From: Candidatus Gottesmanbacteria bacterium
GTDB lineage: Bacteria; Patescibacteriota; Microgenomatia; UBA10105; UBA927
Length of the DNA: 64,000 nt
Assembly (NCBI GenBank): GCA_030679255.1
Contig: JAUXTO010000022.1
Location: forward strand, 128,915-192,914
Direction of reading: 5' to 3'
Shown: positions 18,680 to 26,940 of the stretch, one piece after another
Layout: every line of letters begins with the position of its first letter
Position numbering within the stretch: the stretch's first letter is position 1
Position numbers and translations under genes: made by a program
Notes under the pieces: generated by a model
What the model saw: the letters and a program-made list of their open reading frames with translations, nothing else
What the model was told of the DNA's origin: nothing
The model's database searches: none

Positions 18680-19243
18680 TCAACTTCTATACAGCCCATG
18701 CTTCTTTATATATGTGGCAACAGCAGGAGGGACAAATGCGTCGATGGACAGTCCCTGCCGCGCGCGTTCCCGTATCTTGGTCGAAGATATATTGGAAATC
18801 ATGAGGGATGTGTGCTCAAGAAGGGTCATATTTTTGTACAACGGGGCATTGGCATACCCGCCCCGGGGGAATATAAGAAACGGAATCTGATTGAGAAGTT
18901 CTTCCCAGTGGCTCCACTTAGTGGTAAATCCCGGCAGCCAGTCCGCGCCCATGATAAAGGTATAGGAGTGTTTGGGTGGAAGATGGGGGAGCAGGTTAAT
19001 GGTATTGCCGTCAAGTTTGCGATCTATCTCCAGAGTAGATACAACCGTCCCGGACATCTTCAAATATTTCGTCATTGCGAGCCGGTCGGCGACTGGAGCC
19101 ACATGGGGTTTTGGGGGGTGCTGCCCGTAGTTGGGGAGAAACCAAATTTCTTCAATGTCTGTAAAGTCCAGTACCTGCCGGGCAATCATGAGGTGCCCGA
19201 GATGGGGGGGATTAAACACGCCGCCGAAGATACCAATTCTCAT
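18680..19243 (-). CDS. nadD: nicotinate-nucleotide adenylyltransferase
   Basis: GIFGGVFNPPHLGHL (the HxGH nucleotidyltransferase motif) in a protein of about 190 aa. The start is trimmed to the Met of MRIGIFGG. Confidence 0.85.
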   Translation of the reverse strand: MRIGIFGGVFNPPHLGHLMIARQVLDFTDIEEIWFLPNYGQHPPKPHVAPVADRLAMTKYLKMSGTVVSTLEIDRKLDGNTINLLPHLPPKHSYTFIMGADWLPGFTTKWSHWEELLNQIPFLIFPRGGYANAPLYKNMTLLEHTSLMISNISSTKIRERARQGLSIDAFVPPAVATYIKKHGLYRS

Positions 19244-19254
19244 ACATACCAATA

Positions 19255-19400
19255 CACAATATCCAATCCACAATTTCCAACAAGGTGGAGAAAGCTTTTT
19301 ATAAAATGCCTTTTTTCCATGTTGGACATTGGATATTGGACATTGGATATTAACTGTGATCTCTCCGCGTTGGTCATTGGGATTTGGTCATTGGACATTT
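19255..19400. repeat. intergenic long imperfect palindrome with tandem TTGGACATTGGATATT / TTGGTCATTGG repeats
   Basis: tccaatatccaatccacaatttccaaca is mirrored by tgttggacattggatattggacattggatatt. It lies between nadD and jag. Confidence 0.6.
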
Positions 19401-19402
19401 AT

Positions 19403-19855
19403 TTAAGCTCGTGGCTTCACGACCAACGTCCTATTCATTCCTTCGCCCACAGACTCGGTCGCGACCCGCTCATCGCCGCCCAACGTCATGTGGATGACGC
19501 GCCGCTCGCTGGGCGAGAGGTTCGGGAGCTCGACGGGTTTGCCAAAAGAGATTGCCCGCTCGGCAGCGCGTTGGGCCATAAGCATGAGCGTCTCTTCGCG
19601 CTTCTGCCGGTAGTCTCCGACGTTGACATACACTTTCACCCACGCTTCCAACTTTTTGGACACAATGATCGAGAGCAGGATCTGAAAACTTTCAAGTGTC
19701 CGCCCATGAAATCCAATGAGGAGTCCGGTTTCGTCCGTATCGATCTGCACCTGGTAGGCGCCGGTTTCATCCATGTCTACGCCGACGGTTCCCAGGACTT
19801 CCAGCCGCTTGAGTAAATCTTCCGCAATTGCTTTAACGTGATCGATAGGTTCCAT
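19403..19855 (-). CDS. jag: Jag/SpoIIIJ-associated RNA-binding protein (KH + R3H)
   Basis: C-terminal R3H motif LSPSERRVIHMTL. It is in the conserved position downstream of yidC. Confidence 0.8.
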   Translation of the reverse strand: MEPIDHVKAIAEDLLKRLEVLGTVGVDMDETGAYQVQIDTDETGLLIGFHGRTLESFQILLSIIVSKKLEAWVKVYVNVGDYRQKREETLMLMAQRAAERAISFGKPVELPNLSPSERRVIHMTLGGDERVATESVGEGMNRTLVVKPRA

Positions 19856-19934
19856 GTGATTTCAGTATTTAGGAATTAGTATAAAGTATTCAGGAGTATA
19901 TTTTTGTATTTCCTATATACTAGATACTCTATAC

Positions 19935-20792
19935 TCACCCCTTGTTTTCCTTATTTACCGCGAGTTGCTGCATGATACCAAAAAGCCCGAATACGTTCCA
20001 GTAGAGCGATAATCCGAGTGGGAACTGAAAGGCAAAAAATCCAAACATGATCGGCGTAATCATCATCATCTGCTTTTGCATATCTCCCATCATATCCTCC
20101 TTCTTCTCTTCCGGCTTGCCCGCCGAAGCTTTAGCGGAGGAGGGTTTCATTTTTTCATTGGTAGTATTGGAAATTGGTAGTATTTGTTTATTGGTAGTAT
20201 TCGCCACCGTGGGCATCATCAATTTACTCTGCCAAAACTGTAGGAGTCCGGTGATCACCGGCACAGAAAGGAGCCACCACCCCTGTGTTTGCCATGCCTC
20301 GGGTTTAAGGCCTAAATTGATGCCAAAAAACGTGAGGTCGAGAGACGTGAGTTTCATGGCCGGCACATAGAGGACTTGGTTAAGCTGCGTGACGAGCGTC
20401 TCCAGATTTCCATTCCCCAACACTTGGTAAAACACGTTGTAGAGCGCGATGAGGATCGGCATTTGGACGAGAAGAGGAAGACACCCGGCCGCCGGATTGA
20501 CGCCGTGTTCTTTATAGAGAGCAAGCTGCGCCTGTTGAAGCTTCGGCTTATCATCTTTATGTTTGGCGTTGAGCGCATCCAGGTGAGGTTTGAGGTTACT
20601 CATCTTCTTGGCGCTTTTCATCTGCGCCTGCATCAGGGGGTAGAGGAGTAGCCGGATAAATGCCGTCATCCCGATGATGGCAAATCCCATGACCCCCGGC
20701 ACGCGGAGCCACTCAAACAATTTGTAGAATGCCACCAGAATATTTACTATAGGCCAGATCAATAATTGATTCCAAAGATTCGGATCAGTCAT
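19935..20792 (-). CDS. yidC: membrane protein insertase YidC (short form)
   Basis: YidC core YPLMQAQMKS...LYKEHGVNPAAGCLPLLVQMPILIALY. The C-terminal tail carries an in-frame TTGGTAGTATT x3 insertion. Confidence 0.9.
   Translation of the reverse strand: MTDPNLWNQLLIWPIVNILVAFYKLFEWLRVPGVMGFAIIGMTAFIRLLLYPLMQAQMKSAKKMSNLKPHLDALNAKHKDDKPKLQQAQLALYKEHGVNPAAGCLPLLVQMPILIALYNVFYQVLGNGNLETLVTQLNQVLYVPAMKLTSLDLTFFGINLGLKPEAWQTQGWWLLSVPVITGLLQFWQSKLMMPTVANTTNKQILPISNTTNEKMKPSSAKASAGKPEEKKEDMMGDMQKQMMMITPIMFGFFAFQFPLGLSLYWNVFGLFGIMQQLAVNKENKG
20157..20206. repeat. three tandem ATTGGTAGTATTNG units inside yidC
   Basis: Read directly. It encodes ANTTNKQILPISNTTN in the YidC tail. Confidence 0.8.
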
Positions 20793-20809
20793 AATATTCT
20801 CTTATTCCA

Positions 20810-21067
20810 TTATTTTGTTATTCTATTATTTCTCGGCACCGGGTCCCTGCCTCCCGCGCTCCACGGGTGGCATCGGACAATGCGTTTGACCCCAAGCCAC
20901 AACCCATGGATTATACCATAGCCATCGACGGCCTGATACATGTACTCACTGCACGTCGGCTGAAATCGACATGCGCGATCGGTGAGAAACAGAAATTTGA
21001 GGATCCCCGTATCAAACGATAGGTACCGTTGATAGAAACGAATGGCAACAAGAAAAATAGGTTTCAT
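20810..21067 (-). CDS. yidD: membrane protein insertion efficiency factor YidD
   Basis: RFYQRYLS...CRFQPTCSEY...HPWSAGGRDPVP. Confidence 0.9.
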   Translation of the reverse strand: MKPIFLVAIRFYQRYLSFDTGILKFLFLTDRACRFQPTCSEYMYQAVDGYGIIHGLWLGVKRIVRCHPWSAGGRDPVPRNNRITK

Positions 21068-21093
21068 AGTATATAGGGGATAGTATATAGGGT

Positions 21094-21474
21094 TTAGGGT
21101 TTAGCGATTTCTGATTGAGATTTTTTGATAAGTCCCCGGATAAGTTTGCTCACAAAAGTAGATTGTTCTGCGATTCTCCTGAATGCGTCCAAAGAGATAT
21201 ATCCCACATCGCGGCTCACCAACAACTGATTCTGTAATTCCGTAAGTGATCCAAGAGATATTGAATAAAATTGCAGCTTCTCTTTCCATGAATTTCTGCT
21301 AAATCCTTCTGCAATATTGGATGTTATAGAAACAGCACATCGGCGTATCTGGCTTGTTAGACCAAATAATTCCTCTCTTGGAAATCCTTTTGTTATACGA
21401 TAAATATCCAATACCAACACATGTCCCTCTTTCCATGCAACAAGATCAGTAAACGACAATATTTTTTCATTCAT
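21094..21474 (-). CDS. four-helix-bundle protein (TIGR02436; 23S rRNA IVS-protein family)
   Basis: 126 aa with the family motifs KEGHVLVLDIYRITKGFP and ITSNIAEGFSR. It is inserted between rnpA and yidD. Confidence 0.7.
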   Translation of the reverse strand: MNEKILSFTDLVAWKEGHVLVLDIYRITKGFPREELFGLTSQIRRCAVSITSNIAEGFSRNSWKEKLQFYSISLGSLTELQNQLLVSRDVGYISLDAFRRIAEQSTFVSKLIRGLIKKSQSEIAKP

Positions 21475-21520
21475 ACACTCGTTAATCTTTTGGTTTCCCT
21501 ATATACTAAATACTAGTACC

Positions 21521-21913
21521 TTACCCCTTAAAGATTCCTGTTTTCCTCAACACCTCCCTCACCCTCCCATCAACCACCCTAAACTCATCCCCCAATCCCT
21601 TCCGCACTATAAACACCCCGTCCCATCCGGGGCTGAGAGAGGGAAGAGCTAGCCGCACCGATTCTCGGACCAACCGCTTCAACCGATTTCTTCCCACTGC
21701 GCGTTTGTCCACGCTTACCGGCACCACAAATGCAAACCGTGTGTTTTCTCTTATGTCATCCCGGCCTTTGAGCCGGGATCCAGCGTTCAAAAAAGCAGAT
21801 GTAGATTCTCTCTTCCTATATATAAGGGAGATTCCGTCTCCGTTTAGGCGTTTGCCCCCGCGCATGACGGATTTGATTTCAGGTGAGGGGAGGCGGTGGT
21901 GTTTGGGAAGCAT
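21521..21913 (-). CDS. rnpA: RNase P protein component
   Basis: Basic 130-aa protein with RLKRLVRESVR, in the canonical position after rpmH. Confidence 0.85.
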   Translation of the reverse strand: MLPKHHRLPSPEIKSVMRGGKRLNGDGISLIYRKRESTSAFLNAGSRLKGRDDIRENTRFAFVVPVSVDKRAVGRNRLKRLVRESVRLALPSLSPGWDGVFIVRKGLGDEFRVVDGRVREVLRKTGIFKG

Positions 21914-21987
21914 GAGACAATCTTCATTTAGATTATTTTGCTATTTACTCATTCATTTGCAGATTTGTAGATTTGAATATTTGTAGA

Positions 21988-22125
21988 TTAAACAGTGAGC
22001 TTCTTCCGTCCCGTCAGTCTTCGTCTTTTGAGAACCTTGCGTCCGACCCGGGTCGCCATCCGGGCGCGGAACCCGTGCTTACGCGCACGCTTTCCCTTCT
22101 TCGGCTGATAGACTCTCTTTGGCAT
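21988..22125 (-). CDS. rpmH: 50S ribosomal protein L34
   Basis: This gene is absent from the ORF track because it is under 60 aa. Manual minus-strand translation gives [45 protein letters not shown], a canonical L34. Confidence 0.9.
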   Translation of the reverse strand: MPKRVYQPKKGKRARKHGFRARMATRVGRKVLKRRRLTGRKKLTV

Positions 22126-22244
22126 GACCCTAAGTATACCTGATCCGGCATCCCCGCAGCAACACCCACCATGTCTGATGGTTTATAGTTCACTATTAAC
22201 TATAAACAAACATTTGATATGTAAAAAAACTCTCCCAGCCGTTG

Positions 22245-22592
22245 TTATTTTTGTTGAGCTTTGATCATCAAATCAATCTCACGCTTCAAAACTGGCAGGT
22301 CGTCTTGTATCGTTTTCCAAATCACTTCTAGATCGATACCAAAGTACTCATGGACTACCTTGTCGCGCGCACCGACGACTTGTTTCCATGGGACAGTGGG
22401 ATACGCAAGACGCAGCGGCTCTGGTATGTGTCGCGCGGCTTCACCGATCACTTCGATGTTTCGAACCACCGCATCTATCGTCCGGGCGTCCCGGGAAAAC
22501 GCCTCAAAAGACATAGACGACACAAACTCGTTTATCTTTTCTATCGCCTCACGGATATCGGACAAGTAGAGAAGCGTGTTGTGTTCAGACAT
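22245..22592 (-). CDS. hepT: HepT-like toxin (DUF86/HEPN)
   Basis: HEPN-type Rx4HxY motif region in RDKVVHEYFGID. It overlaps the upstream MNT gene by 8 nt. Confidence 0.8.
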   Translation of the reverse strand: MSEHNTLLYLSDIREAIEKINEFVSSMSFEAFSRDARTIDAVVRNIEVIGEAARHIPEPLRLAYPTVPWKQVVGARDKVVHEYFGIDLEVIWKTIQDDLPVLKREIDLMIKAQQK

Positions 22593-22881
22593 AAACCGTC
22601 TCCCGTAAGACCACGTCTTTTATAAATGGTTTGAGTGCATTTACCGTAACGACATCCACATTCCGCTTCAAGAGTGTTTTTAAACGATCCTCAAGCTCAA
22701 TGAGCTTAAATAGCCCAATCGGTTGTGTGAGTTCTACGAGGATATCCACGTCGCTTGTTCGCTTGGTGTCGCCGCGCGCCACAGAGCCGAACACGCCCAA
22801 TCGTCTCACTGAGTATGATTCTCTAAAATGGGGAATGCTCTGCTTGAGTATCTTCTTTGCGGTTGCCAAATCTATCATCAT
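22585..22881 (-). CDS. mntA: MNT nucleotidyltransferase antitoxin
   Basis: GVFGSVARGDTKRTSDVDILV, the minimal NTase GSx9-13DxD motif. Confidence 0.8.
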   Translation of the reverse strand: MMIDLATAKKILKQSIPHFRESYSVRRLGVFGSVARGDTKRTSDVDILVELTQPIGLFKLIELEDRLKTLLKRNVDVVTVNALKPFIKDVVLRETVYV

Positions 22882-23048
22882 ATCTGTTTATTATACTGTT
22901 TTCTTGGAGAATTATCAGAAACAACTCTTACGGCACGGTTCTGCTGGTAGTATGTGTTTTTGGACTACCCCGCATAATGTAATAGGCGAGTGCCTCCCGT
23001 ACTTTTTTACGGTGTTTACCCCGTATGTCGCGCTCCTCGGGAGTGCGA

Positions 23049-23350
23049 GGCTGTAAGCCTCCAGACCGAGGGAAGCGTACTACGGGGCAACTTCCTCCCT
23101 GCCCGCAATGCCCTGCCCGAAGCTGCTGCATCGCTGCAGGCGGGTGCGCATAGCGTTGCAGGCGGGCCACGTGATGGGCACGTCTCTCATACTATCCGGC
23201 ATGGAGATGAGAAGACGGGCCTGCCCGCAATGCAAGCAACGCGTTGCAGGCGGGGATTATAGAGGAAAAGTTCCGCCGAAGTTGAATTGTTTTGCGAGAT
23301 GCTTACCAAGTCCCGCTGCAAGAGGAAGCTTCCGGCGACAAAAATGCCTT
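23049..23350. repeat. GC-rich composite repeat, copy A (about 300 bp)
   Basis: A core of about 83 nt (ctgcccgcaatgccctgcccgaagctgctgcatcgctgcaggcgggtgcgcatagcgttgcaggcgggccacgtgat) is identical to 24521-24596. A distal segment, gctgcaagaggaagct.ccggcgacaaaaatgccttg, is also shared. Confidence 0.85.
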
Positions 23351-23369
23351 GTCCAACCAACCGTTCTTT

Positions 23370-24026
23370 CTATGCGAGACGAGCGCTCGTATCTCCAAGA
23401 CATACCTGATGGATGAGATTCCAGCGTAAATAGGGGATCAGTTCTTTCTCCTCTTTTGGAGTTTCGCTGGTCATGAGAGTCTGTATGGTGTGTTTTATCA
23501 TGTCTTTCGATTGTCCGTTTGCCTCACCCACAGAATGTCCTTTGAGTATTGCCATAGCAACCTGATTAGACGGTTCGAGAAACAATTGCGCAGTTTTATC
23601 ATTGAGTGGCCGGGTCATATACTCGTCTTCAATAAAAAACACAAAATCGTCTGTGTATCCAAGGTACGCCATCGCACCCTTTGCGACACTCGCAGGTCCG
23701 AGTACTGCCGCAGAACTACAGGATCGGGCATACACGACGGTACCGAAAAATATGTCATCATTTTCACCGACCTCGACAAGCACTTCATTGTTTTGTCCAC
23801 CAACCTTATCCGCGCTGCCATGGCCATTGAGAAATATAAACGCCTGGCCGCCACGCTTACACAATACGCTCTCGAATTCTTTTCGCGTCGCCCGAGGGCC
23901 GCGAAGGTCTATCACATGCAAGGACCGTTTATCGGCGTAATCAATGACCGATTGACTCCAAAAAGAGAGGTAGTTCGTAGTGACGTCGTGATTGGGACGG
24001 GTGATAACCATGGGATTACTCTTCAA
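23370..24026 (-). CDS. hypothetical protein (possible His/Cys-dyad peptidase-like)
   Basis: 218 aa. FIFLNGHGSADK and VVYARSCSSAAV resemble the caspase/gingipain-type GHG...AC arrangement. Weak. Confidence 0.35.
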   Translation of the reverse strand: MKSNPMVITRPNHDVTTNYLSFWSQSVIDYADKRSLHVIDLRGPRATRKEFESVLCKRGGQAFIFLNGHGSADKVGGQNNEVLVEVGENDDIFFGTVVYARSCSSAAVLGPASVAKGAMAYLGYTDDFVFFIEDEYMTRPLNDKTAQLFLEPSNQVAMAILKGHSVGEANGQSKDMIKHTIQTLMTSETPKEEKELIPYLRWNLIHQVCLGDTSARLA

Positions 24027-24252
24027 ACGTGAGGCCTTCTTTTAACGATTGAAGGTAGGAAAGCTGTATCTGGATAATTTTATTTCCCACCGGATCGTTT
24101 TTGCCCACGCGGTCAATAAGCTCCTCTTTAGAAAACTCCCCGTCGGAACCGATAGACAACTTCTTACTCGAAGGAAATGATCGGAGGCGTGCAATGACTA
24201 ATTGGCGGACTTCTTCATCCGTCACTTTCTTTTTATTATATATATCGCTCAT
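24016..24252 (-). CDS. hypothetical small protein
   Basis: 78 aa; translationally coupled by overlaps to both neighbours. Confidence 0.35.
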   Translation of the reverse strand: MSDIYNKKKVTDEEVRQLVIARLRSFPSSKKLSIGSDGEFSKEELIDRVGKNDPVGNKIIQIQLSYLQSLKEGLTFEE

Positions 24253-24437
24253 AGCACGCCAAGTCCTTCGAGTTTTTCCAGAATAATACGAGAAAGCTTT
24301 GTGTCCTGATCGACTTCCAGCTTTGCCACTTTCCAGGTGATCGGCTCGTTATCCAATACCACTATCACTTCTTCTCTCAGATTGAGCGGTAAATTATTAT
24401 AGACCTTGTAAAATCGTTCTTGAAGGGTCATATCCAT
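24249..24437 (-). CDS. hypothetical small protein
   Basis: Start set at MDMTLQERF, because the longer ORF extends into repeat copy B. Confidence 0.3.
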   Translation of the reverse strand: MDMTLQERFYKVYNNLPLNLREEVIVVLDNEPITWKVAKLEVDQDTKLSRIILEKLEGLGVL

Positions 24438-24484
24438 TGCATTGTATCTCCCCACAGAACAAATCTCAATCAGGGTGCGGTTAT

Positions 24485-24790
24485 CTGAAGCGCGAAGCGG
24501 TTCAGGGAGCAACCTCTTCCCTGCCCGCAATGCCCTGCCCGAAGCTGCTGCATCGCTGCAGGCGGGTGCGCATAGCGTTGCAGGCGGGCCACGTGATCAG
24601 GGAGCAACCTCTTCCCACGTAATCGGCACATCTCGCATACTATCCGGCATGGAGATGAGGAGCCGGGGATTGTAGAGGAAGAGTTCCGCGGCGGTCGTGG
24701 TATTTTGAGATATACCCTCGAGGTCGCGCTGCAAGAGGAAGCTCCCGGCGACAAAAATGCCTTGACCCACAAGTCTTTCTTTCCCCACGA
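24485..24790. repeat. GC-rich composite repeat, copy B, with internal 17-18-bp duplication (cagggagcaacctcttcc)
   Basis: See copy A. The short direct repeat cagggagcaacctcttcc flanks the identical core at 24503-24520 and 24597-24614. Confidence 0.85.
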
Positions 24791-26321
24791 CCGTACTCGT
24801 TCCGGTCTGGAAGGTCCCCGTGGGGCTCGTCACATAAACGCCTTCGATTGCTGGAGTGTTCGACGAATACAATCCACCGACGGAGGAGGCAACGGTGATA
24901 TTGCCGTTGACGATGAAGGCAGCAAAGCCCGATCCCGTCAGCGTCACTTTCCCACCAAGGGTGAGATTTCCATTAACAATAACTATAACCGTTTCTCCGT
25001 CGGCGACCGCCCAATCTCCGCTGGTCGTCATATTTCCCACCACATAGTAAGGGGTGGCGCGCGACGCGGGTTTGGCAACGGCTGTGAGATCTGCGAATGC
25101 ATCAGCCGTCGTCCCTCCCCCGAACCGGCGGTAAAAAAGATCATAATAATTTATATTTGCGTAGGCCGCATTGGCAAGTTGATTGGTCGAGGAGACATAG
25201 CTTTCTCCAACCAGGAGCGGACTGGCGTCAAAATCATAGCTTGTGCCGTAGGTGACCAGTCCCGGCGTCCCGCCGGATCCATCGAGCGCAAACGTCCGCG
25301 GACTGACCGACGCCGAAACCGGAGATGTCACGGCCCCCGATCCATACACATTACCGCCTCCGCCGGTTTGCACCCAAGGGCCGGAGAAGGTGTAGCCCAA
25401 TTGCCAGGTGATGGTATCCCCATCCACGGGCACGGAAAGCGTCGTCGAGAGTCCTTCGCCGGAAAGGGCAGCGTTGAGCACCCGACTCCAACACGCACGG
25501 GCCAAGGTGTAATCACTAGCGGCCGTGGGGGAGATCGTGTAGCTCCCGCCGACGATGGGGGAGAAGGATACATAATTATTGCCTGACTGGATTTGCGCCG
25601 TGGGTTGACTCGCCGATCCGGGGGTGAAGGCGTGGCTCGTGCCGGTTAAACCCGTGGTTGATGCCGCGACCGCTGTGCAGGACGTATCAGCAGCCGTAAC
25701 CTGCACGGCTTTGGCCTGGATCGCCCCCACACAATCGATGGTCTGGGTGTAGCCGGTATAGCAATCATACCCCACGGTCCTACTTTTCTTGGCCGGGCTT
25801 GCCGAGCAGACCGACCACGCGCTCACGTACGGCCCACCTTCCGTGCATCCCGGCGCGGGCGTACCGGACGGTGGAGGGGGCGCACTCCCGCCGGTCGGAA
25901 CCGGCGGGGGAGTCGATCCCGGCGGGGGAGTCGTCGTCACCGTTGGCGCCGTAGTCGGCGTCGGCAGCGCCGTCCCGCAATCCCCGGGATTACAATACGT
26001 ACAACAAATTTGTTGGATACAAGGGGCAGGATTCTGAATACAATCTGGTGGATCAGCTACGTATTCCAGTCGATATCCCGGAGTACAGTTTGGCGTGAGA
26101 TAAGGGGCTGTTCCACAATTTAGCCATACTTGTTCTAACTTTTGTCCACAATAATTTTGATTTACACTTGTACAAGATGTGGAGGTTCCTCCGCAGTTTG
26201 CCGAACAAAAATTTTGAGCAGATACGCTTGTCACCAAAAAAACCGAGGCAAAAAAGAAACCGACAATTATCGTGGCAAGCGTTTTAATAAATTTATTTAC
26301 ATCCATAGACAAGTAAAACAT
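24597..26321 (-). CDS. secreted/surface protein with Cys-rich domain, Pro/Thr-rich linker and large C-terminal domain
   Basis: N-terminal TM or signal segment, many paired Cys residues, and the linker PTPTTAPTVTTTPPPGSTPPPVP. The last 60 codons or so are encoded by repeat copy B. Confidence 0.5.
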   Translation of the reverse strand: MFYLSMDVNKFIKTLATIIVGFFFASVFLVTSVSAQNFCSANCGGTSTSCTSVNQNYCGQKLEQVWLNCGTAPYLTPNCTPGYRLEYVADPPDCIQNPAPCIQQICCTYCNPGDCGTALPTPTTAPTVTTTPPPGSTPPPVPTGGSAPPPPSGTPAPGCTEGGPYVSAWSVCSASPAKKSRTVGYDCYTGYTQTIDCVGAIQAKAVQVTAADTSCTAVAASTTGLTGTSHAFTPGSASQPTAQIQSGNNYVSFSPIVGGSYTISPTAASDYTLARACWSRVLNAALSGEGLSTTLSVPVDGDTITWQLGYTFSGPWVQTGGGGNVYGSGAVTSPVSASVSPRTFALDGSGGTPGLVTYGTSYDFDASPLLVGESYVSSTNQLANAAYANINYYDLFYRRFGGGTTADAFADLTAVAKPASRATPYYVVGNMTTSGDWAVADGETVIVIVNGNLTLGGKVTLTGSGFAAFIVNGNITVASSVGGLYSSNTPAIEGVYVTSPTGTFQTGTSTVVGKERLVGQGIFVAGSFLLQRDLEGISQNTTTAAELFLYNPRLLISMPDSMRDVPITWEEVAP

Positions 26322-26853
26322 CCAATAAATACTTCTTATCTCGGCCTTCCTGTTCCTGAAAAACTCCGGTCACCCAGGTGTCCGGCTCTATCCTTTTATA
26401 TGTCTCTTTATATAAAAAGAGCTTGCCTTGTTTCAGAAACGTATCTCTATTGGTTTGGAGCGTTGCTACATATTTGGAAAGATCCAGGTACGTAGAATAT
26501 GCCAGGGCTAAACTTCCATCAGCAAGTTTTATAAATTTATCCCTACACTCAATTACGCTTGTATCAGTCGCAGATACAACATAGGTCTTCTGTGACCAAA
26601 GGCTGAATGTTTCGCGGTTTACGCTGCTTATCACCCCCTGAATCTGGAGCATCTTAGGAGAATTGGAAAGCGTGGTTACGTAATTCCTATCCTGTTTTTT
26701 GTCGAGAAGATTGGTCGGGGTATTTCGATCTGCCTCTGTAACATAGATGGGTCGGGGCGGTGGAGGAAAACTAAACTTACGTATACCGATAATAACAAAT
26801 ACAAAGGCGCTTACAATAAGTAATCCAAACAAAAGAAAGACTAATTTTTTCAT
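26293..26853 (-). CDS. membrane-anchored hypothetical protein
   Basis: N-terminal TM helix LVFLLFGLLIVSAFVFVIIGI; no recognisable motif. Confidence 0.4.
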   Translation of the reverse strand: MKKLVFLLFGLLIVSAFVFVIIGIRKFSFPPPPRPIYVTEADRNTPTNLLDKKQDRNYVTTLSNSPKMLQIQGVISSVNRETFSLWSQKTYVVSATDTSVIECRDKFIKLADGSLALAYSTYLDLSKYVATLQTNRDTFLKQGKLFLYKETYKRIEPDTWVTGVFQEQEGRDKKYLLDVLLVYGCK

Positions 26854-26940
26854 GGGCATTGCTATACCCATTTGACCATAAATTAGCAATTAATACAAGA
26901 GGATTTTAAATCAACTGTGGAATATTTACGCAGTATTCTA

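Noticed and set aside
18677-19816. 379-aa plus-strand ORF
   Set aside because: It lies antisense to nadD and jag, both of which have strong family signatures, and it spans the palindromic intergenic repeat. There are no recognisable motifs.
24705-25586. 293-aa plus-strand ORF
   Set aside because: It is antisense to the Pro/Thr-rich linker of the secreted protein 24597-26321. The Arg/Gly-rich low-complexity product is typical of a mirror frame.
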